Virus record (IMG/VR): IMGVR_UViG_3300044911_000843
Span: 1 to 62,701 of that record
DNA from: a virus
Taxonomy: Duplodnaviria > Caudoviricetes
Direction: 5' to 3' (one strand)
Length of the DNA: 62,701 bases
The position numbers were made by a program, and so were the translations under genes. Below, one piece after another: positions 48,331 to 57,015 of the stretch. Every line of letters starts with the position of its first letter. Position 1 is the first letter of the stretch. The notes below the pieces were generated by a model, which saw only the letters and a program-made list of their open reading frames with translations, ran no database searches and was not told the DNA's origin.

Positions 48331-48522
48331 ATGATCACCAAGTATGACGCCAAGTCCAAGCTCGTCACCATCTCGTTCTCGTACGATCCCGCTGCCAAGT
48401 ACCCGGCCAGCAAGTCCGGCAAGACCTCACTGGTCGGCACCACAGGCGGGAACGTCGTGGTGAGCGGGACCAACGGCCTTCTGAAGGTGGGCGTCAACGC
48501 CTTCATCCCGAAGCAGGACTAG
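48331..48522 (+). CDS. Small conserved protein (63 aa)
   Basis: GAGGA RBS; SKSGKT..V.TTGGN..KVGVNAF; followed by its own terminator. Confidence 0.75.
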   Translation: MITKYDAKSKLVTISFSYDPAAKYPASKSGKTSLVGTTGGNVVVSGTNGLLKVGVNAFIPKQD

Positions 48523-48538
48523 CCCCTACCGCCACCAG

Positions 48539-48572
48539 AACCCCCCGGATAATCTCCGGGGGGTTTTTCTTT
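48539..48572 (+). terminator. Intrinsic terminator
   Basis: AACCCCCCGGA/TCCGGGGGGTT followed by TTTCTTT. Confidence 0.85.
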
Positions 48573-48917
48573 GCCTGCAATGGGGTATCATAATACCCCA
48601 TCTTTTTTGCCCTCCAGAGGCCTTCGACCTCGCTCTGGTACCACCCTACAGGCCACCTAGCGCAAGGCCTTGTGGCGGGCAAATTTACCGCCCTAGCGGC
48701 AATCCAAAGCCCCGACCGATCCCCCGCCTTGACGGCCCGATCCCCCCGGAGATTTCTCCGGGCAATCTCCGGGCGCATGGTCAATGCATATTCACATGCA
48801 ATGCAGACGATGGGCTGCGGTCTCGCCTGTCCCGCTGTCCCATTCAATAGAGATGGGACAAGCGGGACAGAGTGTAGCCTGTAATCAGGGCAATTCATAC
48901 CAGTCTGGCACCACCTG

Positions 48918-49042
48918 AGAGGGTCTGAACCCTAGTCATCTGGGGCGGCTCTGAGAGGAGATCAGAGGGTCTGGATGGTGATCATCTGGGGCTGCTCTGG
49001 TGTGGTCTTTGGGGTTTGGATACCCATCATCTGGGGCGGCTC
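48918..49042. repeat. Three ~45-bp imperfect tandem units with core TCATCTGGGGCKGCTC
   Basis: Cores at 48936, 48982 and 49027 (periods 46 and 45 bp). Confidence 0.85.
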
Positions 49043-49117
49043 GATAAGGTGATCACCTCCTAGAGAGCAGGTATCCTGCGCGCACGTTCTTTTGTCGCGC
49101 CGCGCCCGCCGCGTGGC

Positions 49118-49140
49118 TGCGACAATTTGTCGCATTGACG
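49118..49140. promoter_or_regulatory. Palindrome TGCGACAA-T-TTGTCGCA abutting TTGACG
   Basis: Perfect 8-bp arms; related copy at 48217-48239. Confidence 0.5.
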
Positions 49141-49220
49141 CCAGAAAACCCAACGAAAACAACGGCTTGTCCCTGCGTCGTTCGGTCGCAGGGACAACGG
49201 TTTTCGTTCGTGCCCATAAT

Positions 49221-49800
49221 GCCGCCGTTGCCCCCTCATGGGGTAACGCGGGGCGAGTGAGTTGTCCCGGCAAGGTACCGCAAGGTGCTTATGTGAAACG
49301 GCAGCCGACAGTACCCGCAAGGGGAAGCGGTAAGGCGAGATGCAAGGAGTGCTGATCGTCAGTAAGGCCAGAAACTCTCCGAGTGGCGGCGAGTAGATGT
49401 CGAGGTCCGATTAGTCCTCTAGCGAGGATGAAAGGCTGCCCTTCATCGAAACACCCCGCGAGGGATTGCCCTAGTGGACCATGAGCAGGTTCCTAGCTGC
49501 GGCGTCTGGTAGTAACGAACCAGCGTCGGCGGGCAACTTGGTAGGTTGGTTGAGCAGGACGCTCCCACCCTATCGAACCCCTGTTCCCACCAATCAAGCC
49601 AACGGACGTTCCCATAGGCCAAAGCCCATCGTCGCTTTCGCGCTCTCTGGTCAGTGCCCCTCTCCCATCGTGGCCGCGCACCAGACACCCGGCAGTCCCT
49701 CGTGACAGCCTATGCAATCACCATCCCGGCACCAATACCAATAAGGGAACAGGTTCAACTAGATACCGGCGCGACGGCGCAAATAGCGGTGCCGGTATCT
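49221..49800 (+). ncRNA. Candidate large structured non-coding RNA (~580 nt)
   Basis: No credible ORF; three GNRA-capped hairpins; long-range helices 49300-06/49434-40, 49466-71/49531-36, 49580-88/49745-53, 49613-19/49708-14; 12-bp terminal stem 49761-49800. Confidence 0.6.
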
Positions 49801-49857
49801 CCTTGTCTATGAAGCCCATGCCTTCCTGTGTGGGCTTCACCTACAAGGAGAATCATC

Positions 49858-50049
49858 ATGAATGAACTGGGTCATGCCATCTATCTCCAGACCCTCTACG
49901 TCTTCACCAACATCTTCTTGCGCCATACCCGCAAGATAGACCTTCTCGCAGACGTGAAGTCCAATGACTACATCGTCCGTGAGTTCTATCGAGTGATGAA
50001 CAAGCGTCATCCCAACAATCCGTGGCTCTACTACGGCACCAAATACTAG
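49858..50049 (+). CDS. Early hypothetical protein
   Basis: AAGGAG RBS, ATG 49858. Confidence 0.6.
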   Translation: MNELGHAIYLQTLYVFTNIFLRHTRKIDLLADVKSNDYIVREFYRVMNKRHPNNPWLYYGTKY

Positions 50050-50059
50050 GAGGTAATCC

Positions 50060-50341
50060 ATGAACGCCGAATGGCGTCTCGTTCCCATGCCCGGTTATCA
50101 GGATGTGGGTGGTGTCTGTGTTGTCGGACCGGACAACCTGTCCGTTGCCGACTGTGACAATGCAGAGGTTGCCCGTCTGTTGGTTGCGGCACCCGATATG
50201 CTGCAGGCACTGAAGCGTGCCCTGCCTTGGATTGGCAAGATGATTGCCAACAATTCGCACATGGATTCCGTGGCACCGAATGATTGTGTCGGTGCCATGT
50301 ATATGATGATCGCTGCAATCAAGAGAGCAGAGGAGAACTGA
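50060..50341 (+). CDS. Early hypothetical protein (ARL.AAPDML motif family)
   Basis: GGAGG RBS; ARLLVAAPDMLQALK. Confidence 0.7.
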   Translation: MNAEWRLVPMPGYQDVGGVCVVGPDNLSVADCDNAEVARLLVAAPDMLQALKRALPWIGKMIANNSHMDSVAPNDCVGAMYMMIAAIKRAEEN

Positions 50342-50342
50342 G

Positions 50343-50543
50343 ATGCTTCTTCAACACAGACACTACACGGCATTGGCTGCCAATGCGAAGGCCCGTCTCA
50401 GGGATGGGATGGGTGAGGATGAGTTCGATGAGTTCATCAGGAGAATGACCGTCGTTCTCCGGGGAACCAATCCCAACTTCGATGAGGAGAGGTTCTCCTC
50501 TGCCTGCAAGGGCCAGCCGATTAACTGGAGGGACCGGCCATGA
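50343..50543 (+). CDS. Early hypothetical protein
   Basis: RHY..LA....L..TNPNFD.ERF..AC motif. Confidence 0.7.
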   Translation: MLLQHRHYTALAANAKARLRDGMGEDEFDEFIRRMTVVLRGTNPNFDEERFSSACKGQPINWRDRP

Positions 50544-50944
50544 CCACAATCATTACCCGCATCTCGCAGCTTCTCCAAGCCATGGAGAACTGCGAGAGGA
50601 GCAACAATACCAAGTGGCTCTCGATCTGGAGCGATGAACTGTATCGGATCGAAAGGGAAGTTCTCCCTCGTGGGAGCGGCTTCGATCTGGGTACTCAGAT
50701 CGCCAAAGATGAATGCCGCAAAAACAGGATCGTTCTCAACACATCGTTCCACCACATGGATGAACATGGTTCATATGATGGATCGTCCAGCCATCATATT
50801 ATTGTGACACCGGCCTTTGATGGATTTGATATCAAGGTTGACGGTGCAAATCGCAATCAGATCAAGGACTACATCGGTGAGATATTCCACGATGTGCTGG
50901 CGCAGCCCTATGTGAAGCCAGAGGCAGGAGAGAAAGATGCCTAA
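50540..50944 (+). CDS. Early hypothetical protein
   Basis: LP.GSGFD..FHHMDEHG.YDG..P.F motif. Confidence 0.7.
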   Translation: MTTIITRISQLLQAMENCERSNNTKWLSIWSDELYRIEREVLPRGSGFDLGTQIAKDECRKNRIVLNTSFHHMDEHGSYDGSSSHHIIVTPAFDGFDIKVDGANRNQIKDYIGEIFHDVLAQPYVKPEAGEKDA

Positions 50945-51116
50945 TCAAGAAGCGCGCTACGACTACACTGGATACTACAATGACTTCGAACGGGCAGATG
51001 CAATCCTACAGGACCTGTTCGCCAGTGGGCAGGTATCGGAAGGCGACCGACCCAAGATTGAACGTCGCGTCACACCAACCGGCACGTTCTATCTGATTAC
51101 ATTGCCAATGGCTTGA
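50937..51116 (+). CDS. Early hypothetical protein (59 aa, not in ORF track)
   Basis: AGGAG RBS; MPNQEARYDYTG...LPMA. Confidence 0.55.
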   Translation: MPNQEARYDYTGYYNDFERADAILQDLFASGQVSEGDRPKIERRVTPTGTFYLITLPMA

Positions 51117-51210
51117 AGAGCCTTCAGCCAGTTCATCCCTTTCGGGGGATGAACGAGCGGACGGCTCGTCCGAAGCCCACTCCGGGCATAACAGGAGATT
51201 GGAGTGACAA

Positions 51211-51750
51211 ATGGCTATCAATAGCAACAGCAAGAACTACCTCCGCGAGGGTGCCAATCTGGTCAAGGGCGATCTCGCCACCATCAAGGCCGAGATCAGC
51301 GCCGCCAATGAGAAGAAGGGCGGTATCCTCTGGCAGGTACTGACCAACTGGATTCTCTACGCCAACAACAGCGTGTTCATGGACGGCTACAGCAAGAAGC
51401 TGGCGAAGCAGTTCAAGATGGATGTCATGGCAGAGACTGGCCTGTCGGAGAAGCAGGCTGCCAAGTACACCGAATCCATCAGTGCCGGTCTGGGCGTGCG
51501 TGGTGTCCGCAAGGGTATGCGTGCCATCGACGGTCTGCCCGCCGCTTGCGATAGCCTGCCCTCAGTACAGGCGTTCCTCATGTCCGCCGAGATCGAAACC
51601 TTCAACAAGTTTCAGCGGGCTGTCCGCATCGACCCGACGCCGGTACAGGCTGCGGCCAAGGTTCTTCTCAAGCTGACCCCCAAGCAGAGGGATGATGCCC
51701 GTATTCTGGCAGACAAGCTGGACGAGGAGATCGCAGAGCAGGAGGAATAG
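51211..51750 (+). CDS. Early hypothetical protein
   Basis: 179 aa, GGAG RBS, strongly biased codon usage. Confidence 0.75.
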   Translation: MAINSNSKNYLREGANLVKGDLATIKAEISAANEKKGGILWQVLTNWILYANNSVFMDGYSKKLAKQFKMDVMAETGLSEKQAAKYTESISAGLGVRGVRKGMRAIDGLPAACDSLPSVQAFLMSAEIETFNKFQRAVRIDPTPVQAAAKVLLKLTPKQRDDARILADKLDEEIAEQEE

Positions 51751-51857
51751 AGATTCATCCCGAGCCCCACTTGGGATGATAGGCGGATGGTGGAAGCAAC
51801 ATCAATCATGGGCGGCTCCCCCTGTCCATGTTGCGATGACGCCAAGCCATTCATTGG

Positions 51858-51886
51858 AGAGGCCCGGAGTAATCCGGGCCTCTTTC
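51858..51886 (+). terminator. Intrinsic terminator
   Basis: AGAGGCCCGGA-GTAA-TCCGGGCCTCT-TTC. Confidence 0.7.
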
Positions 51887-51939
51887 ATGTTCATCCTCTG
51901 TCGGGGATGAACATGAAAGAGTTTCAACAAGAAGAGGTG

Positions 51940-52131
51940 ATGATGAAAGATGCCATCGAGTATGAAGCAACGCACCTACGCAATCGGGACTGGGCAGTGC
52001 GGCCCTTGGGTCATCTAGGCACCATGGGTTGGACACCTGTGCCGTGGACCGTCGTGTATGTGCGTGCTGACAGTCCGCGCAGCGCACTGGTGCTTGCTGC
52101 CTCAGTGCGTGCAAAGACTGGGCAGGCTTAA
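51940..52131 (+). CDS. Early hypothetical protein
   Basis: GAGGTG RBS before ATG 51940. Confidence 0.55.
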   Translation: MMKDAIEYEATHLRNRDWAVRPLGHLGTMGWTPVPWTVVYVRADSPRSALVLAASVRAKTGQA

Positions 52132-52147
52132 TTTTTGGAGGTGAAAG

Positions 52148-52384
52148 ATGGCAAAAGAAAACGTCGGCCAGTTTGTCGGGTCCAAGTGGACCGGCAGGTA
52201 CTGGCAGGGTGGTTGTACCTGTGGCTCTGGAAAGGAGGGCCGTGAGTTGCATGATGGTCGCGGTATCTACTGCGGCATTACCTGTTCCTCCTGCAAGAGG
52301 GAGGATACCTACCGCAAGGTAGTGATGAACACGCACTACAATGAGAACGATGTCGATGAACAGATCGAAGCGGAATATTACTAA
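52148..52384 (+). CDS. Small Zn-finger protein
   Basis: CTCGSG..DGRGIY..CSSC. Confidence 0.7.
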   Translation: MAKENVGQFVGSKWTGRYWQGGCTCGSGKEGRELHDGRGIYCGITCSSCKREDTYRKVVMNTHYNENDVDEQIEAEYY

Positions 52385-52407
52385 TCTTTAATTGAAGGAG
52401 GACTATC

Positions 52408-53514
52408 TTGGAGTACACAATGCGGCAAGCCCGAGACATCATTGAAGACTCGGTGATGAACCCTCTCGGTAACGGACAGCACCGGACTATCTACCTTGTG
52501 GGTGATCCGGGTATCGGCAAGACCTCCCTTGCAAGGTCTGTGTTCATGGCCCATCGCAAGTGGGACGATCACTCGCTGCCCCTCAAGGACAGGAAGGTAA
52601 TCAATCCCAATGGGTTCACCCACTTCATCGCCTATGTGGCACCGGAGAGGGAGCCTATCGACTGGGGTCTGCCGTCCGTTAACAAAGCGCGGGATGCTTT
52701 CAGCATGCTGCCGCTGGATGAGTTCAAGTTCCTGCCGACTGATCGCCCCTTCATCCTGATTGATGAGGTCGATAAGGCACCCAACATGATGCAGAACCTA
52801 ATCGCCCGCATCGCCAATGACCGGACGGTGGGTAACATCGTGTTCCCCGAGGGGACATTCATCCTGATGGCGGGCAACAAGCTGACCAATAAGGCGGGTG
52901 GGTTTGTTGCCAACACCCATATCAAGAACCGTCGAACCAATGTCCCTCTGATGGTGTCACCGGAGGAATGGATCGATGATGTGGCGATACCCTTCGAACT
53001 CCACAGTTCGGTGGTGTCGTTCATCCGAGTGGCGAATGACATGCTGCACAAGTTCGATGCCGGTGCGCCATCGTTTCCGTCGCCCCGGTCTGTGACCAAG
53101 GTCGGGCTGATGCTGAACCAGACCAAGTCACCGCATGTCGAGCGTGCCCTGATCGAGGGTGACTGCGGTGTCGAGTGGGCCAATAGTTTCTGGGGTCATC
53201 TCAGAATCTTCCGCTCTCTCAGAAACCCGGAGATGGTGATTGCTGACCCCGACAACATCGAGGTGCCGGATGGTAATGACTCCATGCCGATCCTCTTTGC
53301 GGAGACGACCCACCTCGCCAAGTATGTGAACCGTAAGAATGCGGACGCTATCTTCCGCTACTTCAACAGGCTGCCCGGTGAGTTCGGCTTCATCGGATAC
53401 CGCGATGTGCTGAAGCGGGACAGGTTGCTGGTATCGGGCAGCCCGTCAGGCCAGCGGTGGCTGGTCAAGAACGCCACCATGATTGCCGCTACTGAAGCGC
53501 CAGCCAAGGACTGA
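52408..53514 (+). CDS. MoxR-like AAA+ ATPase
   Basis: GDPGIGKT (Walker A), ILIDE (Walker B), AGN sensor, NR finger, PSPRS. Confidence 0.88.
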   Translation: MEYTMRQARDIIEDSVMNPLGNGQHRTIYLVGDPGIGKTSLARSVFMAHRKWDDHSLPLKDRKVINPNGFTHFIAYVAPEREPIDWGLPSVNKARDAFSMLPLDEFKFLPTDRPFILIDEVDKAPNMMQNLIARIANDRTVGNIVFPEGTFILMAGNKLTNKAGGFVANTHIKNRRTNVPLMVSPEEWIDDVAIPFELHSSVVSFIRVANDMLHKFDAGAPSFPSPRSVTKVGLMLNQTKSPHVERALIEGDCGVEWANSFWGHLRIFRSLRNPEMVIADPDNIEVPDGNDSMPILFAETTHLAKYVNRKNADAIFRYFNRLPGEFGFIGYRDVLKRDRLLVSGSPSGQRWLVKNATMIAATEAPAKD

Positions 53515-53539
53515 ACTCATCCCCTATCGAGGATGACTT

Positions 53540-53570
53540 GCCCCTTCACGGTCTGGTGAAGGGGTTTTTT
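53540..53570 (+). terminator. Intrinsic terminator between the AAA and vWA genes
   Basis: GCCCCTTCAC/GTGAAGGGGT followed by TTTTT. Confidence 0.75.
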
Positions 53571-53584
53571 ATGAGAGGTGAGTC

Positions 53585-54823
53585 ATGAACGTCAATCAAG
53601 AGAGACTGGTAACAGAAGCCAAGCTGGTCATGCTGCGACGGCTTGCTTACTACGGCACCTATGTGATTGGGATTCCCCTCATCGAATCCGAATCCATCCC
53701 GACTGCCTGCACTGACGGCACCATGATCATGTTCAACCCGATATGGCTCCTGCATGAGGGCAGTAAGGACAAGCCTCTGCGTCCAAGGGATCAGGTCATC
53801 TTTGTGCTTGCCCATGAGGTCATGCACATCTGTCTCAAGCATGGGCTTCGCATGGGGTTTCGTGATCCGTCTCTGTGGAATGTAGCCTGTGACTACGCAA
53901 TCAATCTGCTGCTGCACAAGGGCAATGTCGGCACCATGCCACCGGCAGAGGTCAATCCCGAGACAGGCGAGAAGTATCCCATCCTTCTCGACTTGAAGTA
54001 CGATGGCATGTCAGCCGAAGCCATCTATGATCTGCTTGATAAAGAACACAAGAAGCAGGGTGGTTCCGGCAAGCTACAGATTGGCAATGTCATCATTGAT
54101 CTGAGCCAGTCTGATCCGGGTGGTACGGGTGGATTCAAGAAGCCCACCGCTGAAGACGGGTCTGAACTCTCTGCTAACAAAACGCAGGAGATCGAGCGGG
54201 ACATCGACTCCAAGACCTCCGCTGCACTGGCTGCGGCCAAGGCTATTGGCCAGATGCCGAGTGAACTGGAGTTCCTGCTGAAGACCTCGCTCAAGCCCAT
54301 CATCGACTGGCGGGACAGGCTGCGGCAGTTTGTCTTCAGGCAGATACCGAATGACTACTCATGGAGCAGGCCATCCCGCCGACACCTGTCGCATGACCTG
54401 TACCTACCGCACATCGAGAAGTCCGGTGTCGGAAAGATACTCGTCATCATGGATACCTCCGGTTCCGTTGAATATACCTCACCGCAATCAGAGGGTGCCC
54501 AGTATTACTCGGAGATCAAGGCAATACATGAGGATGTAATGCCGGAAACATTACACATCATGTACTGCGATTCACAGGTGGCAGGGCATGACGTTTTTCA
54601 GGGCGGAGAAGAACCTGTCCTGAAGCCTCGCGGTGGCGGTGGCACTGACTTCAATCCGCCCTTCAAGATGATCGATGAGATCGGCATTGATATCCAGTGT
54701 GCGATCTATCTGACAGATGGACACGGACCCTTCCCCAAGGAGCCTGCTCCCTATCCGGTGCTTTGGGTCATCACATCAGATGTCATTGCCCCATGGGGTG
54801 AGACAGTTCCGCTGCGTAAATAA
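53585..54823 (+). CDS. DUF2201-type metallopeptidase-vWA protein
   Basis: TACTDG, HEVMH, WN.ACDYAIN; MIDAS DTSGS, GGGGTDF, LTDG. Confidence 0.9.
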   Translation: MNVNQERLVTEAKLVMLRRLAYYGTYVIGIPLIESESIPTACTDGTMIMFNPIWLLHEGSKDKPLRPRDQVIFVLAHEVMHICLKHGLRMGFRDPSLWNVACDYAINLLLHKGNVGTMPPAEVNPETGEKYPILLDLKYDGMSAEAIYDLLDKEHKKQGGSGKLQIGNVIIDLSQSDPGGTGGFKKPTAEDGSELSANKTQEIERDIDSKTSAALAAAKAIGQMPSELEFLLKTSLKPIIDWRDRLRQFVFRQIPNDYSWSRPSRRHLSHDLYLPHIEKSGVGKILVIMDTSGSVEYTSPQSEGAQYYSEIKAIHEDVMPETLHIMYCDSQVAGHDVFQGGEEPVLKPRGGGGTDFNPPFKMIDEIGIDIQCAIYLTDGHGPFPKEPAPYPVLWVITSDVIAPWGETVPLRK

Positions 54824-54834
54824 GGGAGGTCAAC

Positions 54835-55173
54835 ATGACCAAGGTATTACCGGCACCCGACGTTGATGCATGCGAATGGGTGGCTGAGATGTCAGTGCGT
54901 CCTGATGGTATCAGCCTGCGTGATTACCGCGAATTCAGCGGGGACAAGAAGCGACTCTGGATGACAGAGGGTGCCAGACAAATCGTTCGGGCAATGAAGC
55001 ATCGCTTCATGAAGTCTAATCTTATCACCGTCAATGGAGAACCAGTAAACCACTTCATCTTTACGGATGAAGCCCGAGAGTTCTGGAATATGGGACGAAA
55101 ACAGGGACTGACCAGTCAAGAGATACTCGATGGATGGATCGCATTGCAGTCTATCACTGCGGATGTGAAGTAA
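54835..55173 (+). CDS. Hypothetical protein
   Basis: GGAGG RBS, 112 aa. Confidence 0.65.
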   Translation: MTKVLPAPDVDACEWVAEMSVRPDGISLRDYREFSGDKKRLWMTEGARQIVRAMKHRFMKSNLITVNGEPVNHFIFTDEAREFWNMGRKQGLTSQEILDGWIALQSITADVK

Positions 55174-55298
55174 TGCGTGCCATCAAATCCATTACAGGCA
55201 TGGCCCTTACCATTGCCTGCCTGAGTATGGCTCAGAGTAATCTGGGTGTGTCCCTTGTCCTGTTCTTTGTCGGTATGTTGTTCCTTCTGAAGGGATGA
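55173..55298 (+). CDS. Small hydrophobic peptide (41 aa, not in ORF track)
   Basis: TAATG coupling; MRAIKSITGMALTIACL..LVLFFVGMLFLLKG. Confidence 0.45.
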   Translation: MRAIKSITGMALTIACLSMAQSNLGVSLVLFFVGMLFLLKG

Positions 55299-55301
55299 AA
55301 G

Positions 55302-55484
55302 ATGCCACGCAGACATAGATTGTTTGACGCGGAACTAGACTTCGACGCCAAGGATTATTCGACACCCTTCACTGTCGTTGGATTGCTTTCATATGCAATT
55401 CATCAAGTGAGTCTGGGGTTTGATGATGCCTTGGAATCTACGATTGCTACGATCTTCGACAACAAAACAGAAGTTAGATGGTGA
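55302..55484 (+). CDS. Hypothetical protein
   Basis: 60 aa in the operon. Confidence 0.45.
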   Translation: MPRRHRLFDAELDFDAKDYSTPFTVVGLLSYAIHQVSLGFDDALESTIATIFDNKTEVRW

Positions 55485-55813
55485 CGAGCATGCGCCTCAA
55501 GATTAAACGACATACGGATGACAAGGAAAAGATTGTCACCGGCAAGGAAGCGAGAGCGGTACTGAAGGATGTTCTCTCCTCTATTAGCAAGAACATCCTG
55601 ATACCGGAGCCACCCTATACCGGGATCGTGCGGCGTCGAGCCGTCGATGCACTGAAGAGTGGCAATAGCATCTGGACTGAGATCGATGACAACGGTCATC
55701 CCCTGAAGGGGATTATTGTCAGCATGCCACCGCGTATCATTGGCATCATCGGAACGGATGGTGTCTACAAAGCAATCGATGGAGGCGACGATGAATCTGG
55801 CAAGCAAGAGTAG
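55478..55813 (+). CDS. Hypothetical protein
   Basis: 111 aa in the operon. Confidence 0.55.
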   Translation: MVTSMRLKIKRHTDDKEKIVTGKEARAVLKDVLSSISKNILIPEPPYTGIVRRRAVDALKSGNSIWTEIDDNGHPLKGIIVSMPPRIIGIIGTDGVYKAIDGGDDESGKQE

Positions 55814-56501
55814 AACCCGGCTGTTCAGGGAACTGGACAAGGTTCTTGGCAGACCGGAAAACATGACTGACAAGAAGAAGAGGATTGTCAGGGAGTTGCT
55901 GGGTCGGTGGTACTACCAGAAAAATTATAATGGCAAGAAGGAATCAGGCCACTACAGGTACGCCGAGACACTCACTCGGAAGACAGGTGACTACAAGCCT
56001 CACGTCCAGAAGAAATACTTCTATGATGCTGCTATAAAATCACTGGCCTGTTTCCCAAAAAGTTTGGGTCGGACTTCGATCCAGTCTTTGATCAAGCATC
56101 CAGATGTTGCGCCAGCAGATGCGGTTCTTATTCCGAAACCAGCAGGAGAGATTCTCTCTGCGCCGCGTGTTGGCTGGGATTATCTATCTCGCTACGGATC
56201 GATGATGACTATCGTGATCCCGGCGAATTATTACGCGACGGTGAAGCGTCACGGGGTGCAGATGGATGGTCGCAAGATTGTCCAGCGTATCTGGAATCAC
56301 AGGGTATATGAGGACAAGGAAACTTGGGAGTGCATGTACTGGCACGTCACTCCGAAAAGTCTATCGCACCATTCCGGTTACGTCTGCAAGACCGGCACTC
56401 ACATATCAGTTCATCAGACGTTGGAGATGGCACTTGGTATGGCAAGGAAGAAGACTGTTGCCGCTGCCATCAAGTCCATCATGAAGGACGAGACTTCCTG
56501 A
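55791..56501 (+). CDS. Basic hypothetical protein
   Basis: GGAGG RBS before ATG 55791. Confidence 0.65.
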   Translation: MNLASKSRTRLFRELDKVLGRPENMTDKKKRIVRELLGRWYYQKNYNGKKESGHYRYAETLTRKTGDYKPHVQKKYFYDAAIKSLACFPKSLGRTSIQSLIKHPDVAPADAVLIPKPAGEILSAPRVGWDYLSRYGSMMTIVIPANYYATVKRHGVQMDGRKIVQRIWNHRVYEDKETWECMYWHVTPKSLSHHSGYVCKTGTHISVHQTLEMALGMARKKTVAAAIKSIMKDETS

Positions 56502-57012
56502 TTGGTATCTCTGCCAGCAGTTCAGGGATGGTGTTGTCCTTCTCCGCACCATACCACCATGACTCAAAGGAATGGTAACGATCCAGTCCTAGGCGAACGA
56601 CTGGAATCTGTGGGTCGGGAACCTTGCGCTCCCCAAGGATGACGCCAAACAGGTACTCGGTGATCCTCCGTCCAGCCTGCTGGATCATCCATGATCTGGC
56701 GAGGACGATCTTCATCATGGCATCTGATCTGCTGGTGGAGATGGACTGGACATCTCCCCTGATGTTGGAGTCGAGCGCCCACTTGCAGGAGGGAAAGTAT
56801 CCGGCATCGGATATGTCCCTAAAGAGATGCTCGCCTGCTGTGTGCTGGTCGAGGCTTATCTTGCGCTGGTGCAGCAGCCTGTCGATCTCGGTTGCATCAA
56901 GGATACGGAGGCGGGCACGCATGTTGGCACCCTGCTCGATGACAACCTTGTTGTGCTGCTTACGCTCTACAGGGCCAGTGTCGAACACGATTGCATGTCT
57001 GGACATGTTCAT
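56479..57012 (-). CDS. Putative DUF6456-like transcription regulator / antiterminator
   Basis: R.RILD..IDRL....I...QH.AGE.L..D...AG pattern; downstream of the primase-helicase. Confidence 0.4.
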   Translation of the reverse strand: MNMSRHAIVFDTGPVERKQHNKVVIEQGANMRARLRILDATEIDRLLHQRKISLDQHTAGEHLFRDISDAGYFPSCKWALDSNIRGDVQSISTSRSDAMMKIVLARSWMIQQAGRRITEYLFGVILGERKVPDPQIPVVRLGLDRYHSFESWWYGAEKDNTIPELLAEIPIRKSRPS

Positions 57013-57015
57013 CCC

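Noticed and set aside
48918-49042. Possible mini-CRISPR array
   Set aside because: Variable parts are only ~11 bp, the repeats are degenerate and there is no cas operon; the Cas4-like nuclease is an ordinary phage exonuclease
49345-49380. Hammerhead-like CTGAT...GAAA
   Set aside because: The core reads CTGATCG rather than CTGANGA, CTGA is paired in its own hairpin, and no stem II/III geometry fits
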